Below, piece after piece: positions 36,894 through 45,111 of a stretch of 64,000 nucleotides of DNA. The notes below the pieces were generated by a model, which worked only from the letters and a program-made list of their open reading frames with translations, made no database searches and had not been told where the DNA came from. This stretch comes from Gemmatimonadota bacterium (GTDB taxonomy: Bacteria > Gemmatimonadota > Gemmatimonadetes > Palauibacterales > Palauibacteraceae). Numbering within the stretch: position 1 is the first letter of the stretch; each line of letters starts with the position of its first letter. Where the stretch lies: NCBI GenBank assembly GCA_039589295.1, contig JBDHHR010000005.1:4919-68918 (forward strand). Direction: 5' to 3'. The position numbers and the translations under genes were made by a program.

Positions 36894-38018
36894 TTGACAG
36901 GACTGCAGGGGCCGTTGAATCAGCGCAGTGCTCAGAGCCCGGGGGGCCTGGAGATCCTGTTTCTCGACTCCTGGCTCACCGACCGGCCCCGGGGTAGTGG
37001 ATCGGCGGTGGCCATCGCCGGCCTGGTCACAGGTCTGGCGGCGCTGGGACACCAGGTGAGAACCGTCCGCCCCCGCTGGACGACGCCGTTCCTCGACCTT
37101 ACCCGCGTGCTCTTCAACCTCGGCCTCGGCCGGCGCCTCGACGGGCGTCACGCCGACCTGCTGGTGGGATTCGACTACGATGGGTGCTTTCTCGGCCGCT
37201 CCCCGGACCGTCGATATGTGGTTGCGCTCAAGGGCGTCATGGCCGACGAGCTGAGCGTTGAGGCCGGCTGGAACAAGGCGCGCTTCGCTTTTCTCTCCCG
37301 GCTGGAGCAGCGCAATGCCAGGCGGGCCGATCGGGTGCTGGTAACCAGCGAGCACAGTCGACGGGCCGCCGTTCGCCGGTACGACCTTCAGGCCGAGAAG
37401 GTCCGCATCGTTCCCGAGGGCATAGACGTAGATGCCTGGGAACGGCTGCCGCAACCGCGTCCGAAGGCCGGACCGGTCATCCTCAGCGTCGCTCGTCAGT
37501 ACCGGCGGAAGAACACCCGCGCCCTTCTTCGAGCCGTGGCCCTCGTACGGTCAGAGATTCCCGGGGTGACCCTGAGGGTGGTTGGAGATGGCCCCGAGCT
37601 TCCAACCCTCAGGCGGCTGGCCTCCAGCCTCGGCCTGAAAGGCAACGGCGCCGTGTTCCTGGGGTCTCTGGAGAGCCGCGAGGAGTTGCAGCGGGAGTAC
37701 TCCTCGGCGGACCTGTTCTGCCTTCCGTCACGCCAGGAGGGATTCGGCATCGTGTTACTCGAGGCGATGGCGGCGGGACTGCCGATCGTCGCAGCCGACG
37801 CGGCCGCCGTCCCGGAAGTTGCACCGCACGGGGAGGTGGCACTGCTGGTTTCCCCGGATGATCCGGAGGCGCTGGCGTCAGCCATCCTGAGCGTCCTGCG
37901 CGACGAGGTCCTTCGGGAGAGGCTGTCGCTGGGCGGGCGGCGACGCTGGCGCCGGTACGACTGGCCGTCTGTGGCGGAGCGCTTTCTCGAAGCCGCCGAG
38001 GTGCCCTCACCGCCGTAG
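36894..38018 (+). CDS. Glycosyltransferase family 4 (GT-B fold, retaining)
   Basis: The C-terminal GT4 motif region is present (LFCLPSRQEGFGIVLLEAMAAGLPIVAAD, the E-x7-E motif). It uses a TTG start; the true start is uncertain. Confidence 0.8.
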   Translation: MTGLQGPLNQRSAQSPGGLEILFLDSWLTDRPRGSGSAVAIAGLVTGLAALGHQVRTVRPRWTTPFLDLTRVLFNLGLGRRLDGRHADLLVGFDYDGCFLGRSPDRRYVVALKGVMADELSVEAGWNKARFAFLSRLEQRNARRADRVLVTSEHSRRAAVRRYDLQAEKVRIVPEGIDVDAWERLPQPRPKAGPVILSVARQYRRKNTRALLRAVALVRSEIPGVTLRVVGDGPELPTLRRLASSLGLKGNGAVFLGSLESREELQREYSSADLFCLPSRQEGFGIVLLEAMAAGLPIVAADAAAVPEVAPHGEVALLVSPDDPEALASAILSVLRDEVLRERLSLGGRRRWRRYDWPSVAERFLEAAEVPSPP

Positions 38019-38169
38019 ACGACGGCCGGCCCCGAGAACTGCCGAGAACTGCCGCCTTGCTCGGGTGTGCCGCGGCGGCCGATATTGTGAGCTTCGTTTC
38101 GCGGGGCCCGGCGGGTGAGGTCTGCTCCCGTCGTGGGCCGCTCCGACCCGACAGCAAGGCTGAGACCAA

Positions 38170-39684
38170 ATGAGCGACTCGTCAGGGACTCCTCCACCCT
38201 CACCGGCCTCCATCCAACCGAGCGACAAGAGCTTCTTCGGCCATCCGCGGGGTCTGGCCACCCTCTTCTTCACCGAGATGTGGGAACGGTTCAGCTTCTA
38301 CGGCGGTCGGGGAATCCTCATCCTCTTCATGACCGCGGCCGTCGCGACCGGCGGGCTCGGCATGACGACCGCCACCGCGGCGGCCATATACGGACTGTAC
38401 ACGGCATCTGTGTACCTCTTCGCTCTCCCGGGTGGCTGGGTAGCCGACCGGCTGATGGGTCAGCGGAATTCGGTCGTCGCCGGCGGCGTCCTCATAGCGG
38501 CGGGGAACTTCAGCATCGCCACGCCGGGGATGGCGACCTTTTACCTCGGTCTCATCCTGATCGTGCTCGGCACCGGGTTGCTCAAGCCCAACGTGAGCAC
38601 CATCGTCGGCGAGTTATATCCCGAGGGTGGCGCGCGGCGTGATGCCGGTTTCTCGATCTTCTATATGGGGATCAACGTCGGCGCCTTAGTCGCGCCTCTC
38701 ATCTGCGGCTACCTGGGCGAGAACATTAACTGGCACCTCGGGTTCGCGGCGGCGGGCGTGGGCATGGTACTGGGGCTGATCCAGTACAGGCTCGGCTGGG
38801 GCTTCCTGGGAGAGGCCGGCAAATTCCGGGAGGAGGCCCGGGCTACCCGCGGACAGGCGGTCCGCCAGGCCATGCTGGGGGTCCTGCTGGCAGTGATCAT
38901 CGCCCTCGTCCTGTACCTGCTCGGCAGCCGCGGCGTGCTCAACATCACCCTAGAAGGCGCGGCGCAGGCAACCGGCGTGATCATTCTGGCCATAGCCGTG
39001 CTGTTCTTTGCCTCGGTCCTGGCCTTCGGTCACATGGTGTCCGTGGAGAAGCGGCGGGTCGTGTTGATCTTCCTGCTGTTCCTCGGTGCGGCCATATTCT
39101 GGGCCGGTTTCGAGCAGGCCGCGTCGTCACTGAACCTGTTCGCCGAACGGCTGACGGACCGGACGGTGCTCGGGTGGGAGGCGCCGGCGAGTTGGCTTCA
39201 GGCGATCAACCCCCTGTTCATCATCGCCCTCGCGCCGGTGTTCGGCTGGTTGTGGGTCGCCACGAACAACATCGGGCGGGAGCCGTCATTGCCGGTGAAG
39301 TTCGGGCTGGGTCTGGTTCTTCTGGGCGTGGGCTTCCTGGTTATCGCGTGGGGCGCCACGTACGCGACCGACGGCAACTTGGTGAGCCCGGGTTGGTTGG
39401 TTTCCACCTACTTCCTGCATACCTGCGGCGAGCTGTGCCTCAGCCCCGTAGGCCTGAGCAGCATCACCAAGCTCTCGCCGCCGCGGTTCGTCGGACAGAT
39501 GATGGGCACCTGGTTCATGGGTACCGCCCTGGGCAACCTGGTGGCGGGCCTGGTGGCCGGACAGTTCGAGCGCATGCCGCTGCCGCAGCTCTTCTTCACC
39601 GTCGCCATCACGGTGGGTGTGGCCGGAGTGCTGTTCTTCCTGGCCGCGCGGTGGATCAGGAAGATGATGGGGGGCGTGCACTGA
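38170..39684 (+). CDS. Proton-dependent oligopeptide transporter (POT/PTR2 family, DtpT-like)
   Basis: The PTR2 signature FTEMWERFSFYGGRGILILFM is present, followed by 12-14 TM helices. Length is 504 aa. Confidence 0.88.
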   Translation: MSDSSGTPPPSPASIQPSDKSFFGHPRGLATLFFTEMWERFSFYGGRGILILFMTAAVATGGLGMTTATAAAIYGLYTASVYLFALPGGWVADRLMGQRNSVVAGGVLIAAGNFSIATPGMATFYLGLILIVLGTGLLKPNVSTIVGELYPEGGARRDAGFSIFYMGINVGALVAPLICGYLGENINWHLGFAAAGVGMVLGLIQYRLGWGFLGEAGKFREEARATRGQAVRQAMLGVLLAVIIALVLYLLGSRGVLNITLEGAAQATGVIILAIAVLFFASVLAFGHMVSVEKRRVVLIFLLFLGAAIFWAGFEQAASSLNLFAERLTDRTVLGWEAPASWLQAINPLFIIALAPVFGWLWVATNNIGREPSLPVKFGLGLVLLGVGFLVIAWGATYATDGNLVSPGWLVSTYFLHTCGELCLSPVGLSSITKLSPPRFVGQMMGTWFMGTALGNLVAGLVAGQFERMPLPQLFFTVAITVGVAGVLFFLAARWIRKMMGGVH

Positions 39685-39746
39685 GCCGCGTTCCGGAGGA
39701 CGGGCCGGCCTGGTGTTCGTTGGCTGCGGCCGTGTAGATAAGCCAC

Positions 39747-39782
39747 GACGACACGGCCGTCCCGCGGGCCGGCCGGGTCGTC
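39747..39782 (+). terminator. GC-rich stem-loop (13-bp stem with 1 mismatch, 10-nt palindromic loop); candidate intrinsic terminator without U-tract, or regulatory hairpin
   Basis: The sequence reads gacgacacggccg-tcccgcgggc-cggccgggtcgtc, about 60 nt downstream of the POT transporter stop and about 70 nt upstream of the KaiC-like gene start. Confidence 0.35.
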
Positions 39783-39851
39783 TGTAGTGGCACGTCGATT
39801 GCCCCATCGGGGTAACGGTAAGCTACGTCTACTGCGGAGCGGGATCGGCAA

Positions 39852-41315
39852 GTGAGTACATGCACCGGAATCGGCCCGTTCGACGAGCGCCTGGGCGACC
39901 TTCGCTCAGGCGGAGTGTATCTCCTCGCGGGAATGCCCGGCTCGGGCAAGCTCGCCTTCATTCTGCAGTACCTCGCCGAGGGAGTGGGGCACGGCGAACG
40001 GGTGGCCCTGCTCAGCGGCTACGAGCCGGCGGAGGTCTTCGAGCAGGCCGACCACTGGGGACTGGAACTCGAGAAGGCCTGGAAGAGCGACGCGCTGGTA
40101 CTGGCCGGGTTCCGCGGCGAGTATCCGCGGCGGATCCTGCACGCCCCGGATCCCGGAGAGGCGTTCGCCGAGCTCGATCGACTGCTGGACGGGGAGGTGA
40201 CGCGCCTCGGCGTCGATCCGGGCATGCTGCTGTGGGAAACGCGGGCGGGTACGGCCATGGCGCACCAGTTTCTCCAGTGGGCCGACGGTCTGGGCGCCAC
40301 CACCATGGCCACGCTGGTTGGCGACCTGAAGGAGTCCCCCGGACCCTCTACCGAGTGGGTGCTGCAGCGCGCGACAGGCGTGTTTCACTTGGCTCGACTG
40401 GCGGGCGGGCTGCACGAGCTGGCTATCTACCGGATTCACCCGCCGTTGGAGAGCACCGGGCCCATTACGCTGGAGCTGATGCCGGGCGCCGGCTTCGTAG
40501 CTCCTACGGGCCGGATCGGCCGGCGCCGTGGCGACACGGCGGCGGCAGCCGAGGACAGGCTCCTGCTGATGCGGCTGGCAGCCGGACCACCACCCGACGT
40601 CGAGGGCTGGCTCCGCCGGACGTATACGGTGACGGAGGCAAAGGACCCTCTGGAGATGGTCTCTCGCCTGCAGGGTGAGCCGTTCGGCATGCTATGCATT
40701 TCCATCGATCGCGCCCGAACGGAAGAAGCTCTGCAGATCTGCCAAACCGTCCGTCCCATGACCAGCGCGGCTCTCGTCCTGGTGTCCGGCGAACGATTGC
40801 GCTCGGTCGATCGGGCCCGCGCCATAGAAGCCGGCGCCGACGACGTCCTGACGAACGAAGTGAACATCCGGGAGATGGAGTCGAGAATCCGGCGGGCGGC
40901 GACGTGCGCAGGTGAGCGACCGCGGGCCGTTGATCAAGACGGGGGGAGTATCCGGACGCCGGATCCCGTCGATGAGCTCCTGTCGCGAAAAGCCTTCGCG
41001 GCGATCGTGAACGAACGGCTGGCATCGAAGGAGTTCGGTTTCTTCACGTTTGTCGGGCTGGCCGGCGCTCTTCCGCAGGGGACGAGCGAGGCCCTGCGCG
41101 AGAGCATCCGGGTGGAGGCGGGCGATGTGGTCGGGGCGCTGGACGATGGATTCGGAATCGTGCTCCAGGAGGCCCGAGCCGGGCACGCTGAAGGGTTCCT
41201 CGGACGGGTGCGTGCGGCTCTGGCCGAACAACTGGGCGAGGGCGTGGAGCTCGAGACCGAGATCCTGGCCAGCCCAGACGACGCAGAGCGGATTCGGGCG
41301 CTCCTCCCCGGGTAG
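39852..41315 (+). CDS. KaiC/RecA-like ATPase fused to a receiver-like domain and a degenerate GGDEF-like domain
   Basis: The N-terminus (GIGPFDERLGDLRSGGVYLLAGMPGSGKLAFILQYL, Walker A) has the KaiC/RadA-type P-loop. A mid region resembles a CheY-like receiver (MLCISIDRARTEEALQICQTVRPMTSAALVLVSGE...AIEAGADDVLTNEVNIREMESRIRRA). The C-terminus aligns to GGDEF topology but with GGDEF replaced (RKAFAAIVNERL...FGFFTFVGLAG...DVVGALDDGFGIVLQE). It is the first gene of the polysaccharide locus. Confidence 0.7.
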   Translation: MSTCTGIGPFDERLGDLRSGGVYLLAGMPGSGKLAFILQYLAEGVGHGERVALLSGYEPAEVFEQADHWGLELEKAWKSDALVLAGFRGEYPRRILHAPDPGEAFAELDRLLDGEVTRLGVDPGMLLWETRAGTAMAHQFLQWADGLGATTMATLVGDLKESPGPSTEWVLQRATGVFHLARLAGGLHELAIYRIHPPLESTGPITLELMPGAGFVAPTGRIGRRRGDTAAAAEDRLLLMRLAAGPPPDVEGWLRRTYTVTEAKDPLEMVSRLQGEPFGMLCISIDRARTEEALQICQTVRPMTSAALVLVSGERLRSVDRARAIEAGADDVLTNEVNIREMESRIRRAATCAGERPRAVDQDGGSIRTPDPVDELLSRKAFAAIVNERLASKEFGFFTFVGLAGALPQGTSEALRESIRVEAGDVVGALDDGFGIVLQEARAGHAEGFLGRVRAALAEQLGEGVELETEILASPDDAERIRALLPG

Positions 41316-41354
41316 GCGGGCCGGGGACCGCGCAGCGTAGAGGGCACGCCCCGC

Positions 41355-43574
41355 ATGGAGAGATCGACGGTCAGGAGGCGAAGGAGATTCCCCTACTGGG
41401 TCGTGTACACCGGCATCACGACCCTGCTCCTGGCTCTGACGGGGTTTCTGGTTCTCATCGTCCTGCCGGAGCGCTTCGTCCTCCAGGCCGGCCTTCGCGA
41501 ATCCGGTATCTCCTTCCCGGCGTCCACCCTCGGGTTCGGGCCTCCGGCGCGCTCGCCGGTGGTGGAGCCTCCTCCTCCGCCGCCGCGTCCCGTCGCGCCA
41601 GCGATCGGCCCGGCCGAAGCGTTATGGAGTGAACTCACGCCCCTTCTGCGTGTCGGCCGCTATCACGAGGCACTGGCCCGCATGGAGGATTACCTGGCCG
41701 TCCACCCGGGAGACCTCGGAGTCCGGCGGGAACGAGCCAGGACCCTGGCCGGGACCGGCGACCGGCAGCGGGCGAGCGAGGCCCTCGGGCGGCTGGCCGA
41801 CGAACCTGGCGAGCTCCAGGACGGCCTGGCTCTCGCCCGCTTCATTCGTGATGCGGGCGAGTTGAGCGAGGCGGTCGAGATCTACCGGACGCTTGTCGAC
41901 AGGTACCCGGACGATGCGGATCTCAGGTACGAGTTGGCGCAGGCGCTCATGTGGTCGGAGCGCTACCGGGAGGCGGAGGCCGAGTTCCGCGCGCTAATCC
42001 GGCTGCGGCCGACGGAGGATGTGTACCGCCTCGAGCTGGCGCGGGTCCTGTACTGGACCGACAGGCTCGAGGAAGCGCGATCCGTTCTGGCTGCTATCTC
42101 CCCCGAGGCCGAGAGCCGGATGGAAGCCGACGCGCTCGACGCCGAGCTGGTGACTCTGCTTGCTCCTGTCGAGCCGGAACCCGAGCCGGTGGACCAATCA
42201 CCGCTGGCTCGAGCGAGGCGTGCGGCGGCAGCCGGCGAGCTGCAGTTGGCCGCCGAGCTCTACCGGGAAGCCCTGCAGGCGGATTCAGGAGACGCCGTAC
42301 TGTGGCTGGAATGGATAGACTTTCAGCAGCGGCGGCTCGGGGACCTGGAGGGCGCCAGGGACGAGCTCATCGCGTACGATGGGCGCTTCGGTCTTTCCCC
42401 CGAGCTGGAGTACCGGCTGGCGCTGCTGCACACGTGGACCGAGCGGAACGAGGAGGCCCGGCTCATCCTCCTCAGGCTCCTGGAGACCAGTCCGAACCGG
42501 GCAGAGGCCTGGAGCCTGCTCGGCGATGTTTATCGCTGGAGCGGGGAAAGACCCGCCGCGGCCGGTGCCTACCGCCGGGCCCTCGTCCTGGATCCGGCAG
42601 ACCCGCGGGCGCTGGCGGGTGCCGCGGACCTCGGATTGCAGCGGGAGCGCATCGTCGCGGCTCGCGAGCGGCGGGGCTACGGGCCACGGGCGAGCGCCTA
42701 CGGCGACTCGGATGAGTATCGGAGATTCGAGCTGGAGGCGGACGCGAGGTTAGCCTTCCCACGCAGCAGTTCGGCTCTCCGGGTGGCAACCGGCTACCGG
42801 TGGCTGGAGGGACTGGATGTTTCCGGCGTCGAGACCACCGACGATGGCCCTTACACAGAGGCCGAGCTCATCCACTGGTGGCGTGAGGCGACCATCCGCA
42901 CGGCCCTTCGAGCCGGAGTACAGTACCTGCGAGGATTCGGCCTCGAGCCGAGTTTCGGCCTGGACGTCGAAGTGCCCGATGCGGGGGGATTCGGCCTCCT
43001 CGGAACGCTGGAGCACGCACCCGCGTACCCGCTCACGGCCACCCTGGAGAGCGTGCAGCAGCCGGTACGAGCCGACCGACTCTTCGTGTCCCTGTTCCGC
43101 TCGCTGGGCGAGCGATGGAGCGTGGGCGGTACCGCGGATGTGGCCGTTCTGACCCATACGGAGGCGAACAACATACGGTGGGGCGGGCGGCTCACGCTGG
43201 GATGGAATGTCTCGCGCCGGGTCGTCGGAGAGCTGAGCTCAAGCTACCTGTCATACACCGACGCGGCCCCTCGCAGCGCGCTGCGAGGGATCTACTGGGA
43301 CCCGGCTTCCTTCTGGGCGACGACGTTGTCGCTGGGCCTGCGGGAACGGCCCGAACTGGGCTGGGGGTACGGCGTCATGCTGACGGGAGGCGCTGCCCTG
43401 ATGGACGAACGCAGCGCGACCGGTACGGTGTGGCTGCCACAGTTTGCGGTCGAGGGGAAGCTGTCGCAAACTGGCCGGAGGCAGGACTTCGAGCTGAGAG
43501 CCTTCTACCGCCGGGGACGGGAGAGGGATTACAGCTCGCTCGGGCTCGACCTGAAGCTGCTCGTGAGGCCGTAG
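41355..43574 (+). CDS. TPR-repeat protein with beta-rich C-terminal domain, PgaA/BcsC-like polysaccharide export candidate
   Basis: An N-terminal TM/signal anchor is followed by a Pro-rich linker, ~8 TPR-like repeats (many W..LG/A..Y...G motifs), and a ~280-aa C-terminal region with alternating hydrophobic patterns ending LGLDLKLLVRP, which is beta-barrel-like. It sits immediately upstream of the PgaC-like synthase. Confidence 0.65.
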   Translation: MERSTVRRRRRFPYWVVYTGITTLLLALTGFLVLIVLPERFVLQAGLRESGISFPASTLGFGPPARSPVVEPPPPPPRPVAPAIGPAEALWSELTPLLRVGRYHEALARMEDYLAVHPGDLGVRRERARTLAGTGDRQRASEALGRLADEPGELQDGLALARFIRDAGELSEAVEIYRTLVDRYPDDADLRYELAQALMWSERYREAEAEFRALIRLRPTEDVYRLELARVLYWTDRLEEARSVLAAISPEAESRMEADALDAELVTLLAPVEPEPEPVDQSPLARARRAAAAGELQLAAELYREALQADSGDAVLWLEWIDFQQRRLGDLEGARDELIAYDGRFGLSPELEYRLALLHTWTERNEEARLILLRLLETSPNRAEAWSLLGDVYRWSGERPAAAGAYRRALVLDPADPRALAGAADLGLQRERIVAARERRGYGPRASAYGDSDEYRRFELEADARLAFPRSSSALRVATGYRWLEGLDVSGVETTDDGPYTEAELIHWWREATIRTALRAGVQYLRGFGLEPSFGLDVEVPDAGGFGLLGTLEHAPAYPLTATLESVQQPVRADRLFVSLFRSLGERWSVGGTADVAVLTHTEANNIRWGGRLTLGWNVSRRVVGELSSSYLSYTDAAPRSALRGIYWDPASFWATTLSLGLRERPELGWGYGVMLTGGAALMDERSATGTVWLPQFAVEGKLSQTGRRQDFELRAFYRRGRERDYSSLGLDLKLLVRP

Positions 43575-43577
43575 AAG

Positions 43578-44918
43578 ATGGCGAGCCGACTGAGGCACCT
43601 GGGCCCCCTGCTGGTGATCGCAACCGCGATCGCGCTCACATCTCTGTTCTTCATTTGGCTGGTGCGTTCGCCGGACCGGCTACGGGTGTTCGTCATCCAG
43701 CTTCTCCTGATTTCCCTGGTGATCTTCCTCGGGATCCTGCTGATCCGTTACTTCACCCTCCTGTGGTTCGGATACCTGCAGCACCAGGAGAGGGGGATCC
43801 GGGGAGATGTGTCTGATGTCGAGCTGCCGCCGGTCTCGGTGGTAGTACCGGCTTACAACGAGGCCACGGTCATCGGCCGCGCCATCGACAGCCTTCTGCG
43901 GCTGGACTACCCGCTGTACGAGGTGATCGTGGTGGACGACGGTTCGGGCGACGGGACGCTCGCGATAGCGGGCGCCAAGGAGGGCCTCCACGAGGGAGTG
44001 GAGGTGCGGGTCTTCTCCAAGCCCAACGGGGGAAAGGCGACTGCCCTGAACCTGGGCATCCACAACGCCCGTTACCCGTTCATCCTGTGCATGGATGCCG
44101 ATTCGATAGTAGAACCGCAGCTTCTGCGAACGTCCGTTCCACACTTCCGCGATCCGTCGGTCGGCGCCGTGGCGGGAAACGTCAAGGTGGAGAACCGCCA
44201 CGGGCTGCTGACCCGACTGCAGGCGCTGGAGTACATCGAGGGACTCAACATGCCGCGCCGCGCCCAGGGCTTCATAGCCGCGGTGAACATAGTGCCGGGA
44301 CCGGTGGGCGTTTTCCGTCGCGAGGCGCTGACCGACGTCGGCGACTACGATACCGACACCTTTGCGGAGGACGCGGACCTGACGCTGAAGCTGATCACCG
44401 AAGGGTGGAAGATAGTCTACGAGGATCAGGCGATCGCCTGGACGCAGGCGCCCGAACGTTTCATCGACCTGGTTCAGCAACGCTACCGCTGGACCCGAGG
44501 TATCCTGCAGGCTGTCCGGAAGCGCAAAGGGCTCCTGTGGCGCCCTGTCCCCGACTTCCCGCTGTGGCTGTCGGGCACGGAGATGGTGTTCGAGGCAATC
44601 ATCTGGCCGATAATGAACGTCTACGCTCACCTGTTCTTCGCCTTAGTCGCGCTTCTGTTCGGCCGCGGGGAGCTCCTGTTGTACTGGTGGATCCTCCTCA
44701 CCCTGCTGGACCTGGTGGCGGCGCTGGTGACCGTCTCGATGGAGGAGGAGTCTCTGTCGCTCGTTCCGCTGGCCATCGTTTACCGCTTCTTTTTCATTCT
44801 GTTTCTGGACGTGACCAAGGCGTTCGCCTCGGTCGAGGAGTTCTTCCGCTTCGGCATGGAGTGGGACAAGCTGCGGCGCGTCCCCGTGGGGAGCGGCGTT
44901 GAGGAGAGTGCCATATGA
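43578..44918 (+). CDS. pgaC: GT2 processive beta-glycan synthase, PgaC/IcaA-like (poly-beta-1,6-GlcNAc synthase family)
   Basis: Motifs VIVVDDGSGDGT, CMDADS and QQRYRWTRG (QxxRW) are present, plus two N-terminal and three C-terminal TM helices. Length is 446 aa, as in PgaC. Confidence 0.85.
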   Translation: MASRLRHLGPLLVIATAIALTSLFFIWLVRSPDRLRVFVIQLLLISLVIFLGILLIRYFTLLWFGYLQHQERGIRGDVSDVELPPVSVVVPAYNEATVIGRAIDSLLRLDYPLYEVIVVDDGSGDGTLAIAGAKEGLHEGVEVRVFSKPNGGKATALNLGIHNARYPFILCMDADSIVEPQLLRTSVPHFRDPSVGAVAGNVKVENRHGLLTRLQALEYIEGLNMPRRAQGFIAAVNIVPGPVGVFRREALTDVGDYDTDTFAEDADLTLKLITEGWKIVYEDQAIAWTQAPERFIDLVQQRYRWTRGILQAVRKRKGLLWRPVPDFPLWLSGTEMVFEAIIWPIMNVYAHLFFALVALLFGRGELLLYWWILLTLLDLVAALVTVSMEEESLSLVPLAIVYRFFFILFLDVTKAFASVEEFFRFGMEWDKLRRVPVGSGVEESAI

Positions 44919-45106
44919 GCATCGTCGACCTGTTGATCATGATCATCGTGGTGACGATCCTGGTTACCATCGTGCTGGGTGTCATCACCTATCTGGCGTA
45001 CAAGCTGCGGAGGTCGCGGCGGCCGGAATCAGAGGTGGAGGAGGCGTTCGGAACGTGGTACTTCGTGCGGCATCTGCCCGAGCGGGGGCGGGCTGAGGAG
45101 GTCTGA
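44915..45106 (+). CDS. Small single-TM membrane protein, candidate PgaD/IcaD-like synthase partner
   Basis: The 63-aa protein is MSIVDLLIMIIVVTILVTIVLGVITYLAYKLRRSRR... It is ATGA-coupled to the pgaC-like stop and precedes the deacetylase. Assigned by position only. Confidence 0.45.
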   Translation: MSIVDLLIMIIVVTILVTIVLGVITYLAYKLRRSRRPESEVEEAFGTWYFVRHLPERGRAEEV

Positions 45107-45111
45107 CCGTA

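Noticed and set aside
39852-41315. KaiC-like ATPase as part of a circadian kaiABC clock
   Set aside because: It has a single P-loop domain rather than the KaiC double domain. No kaiA or kaiB is present. It is fused to receiver-like and GGDEF-like domains inside a polysaccharide locus.
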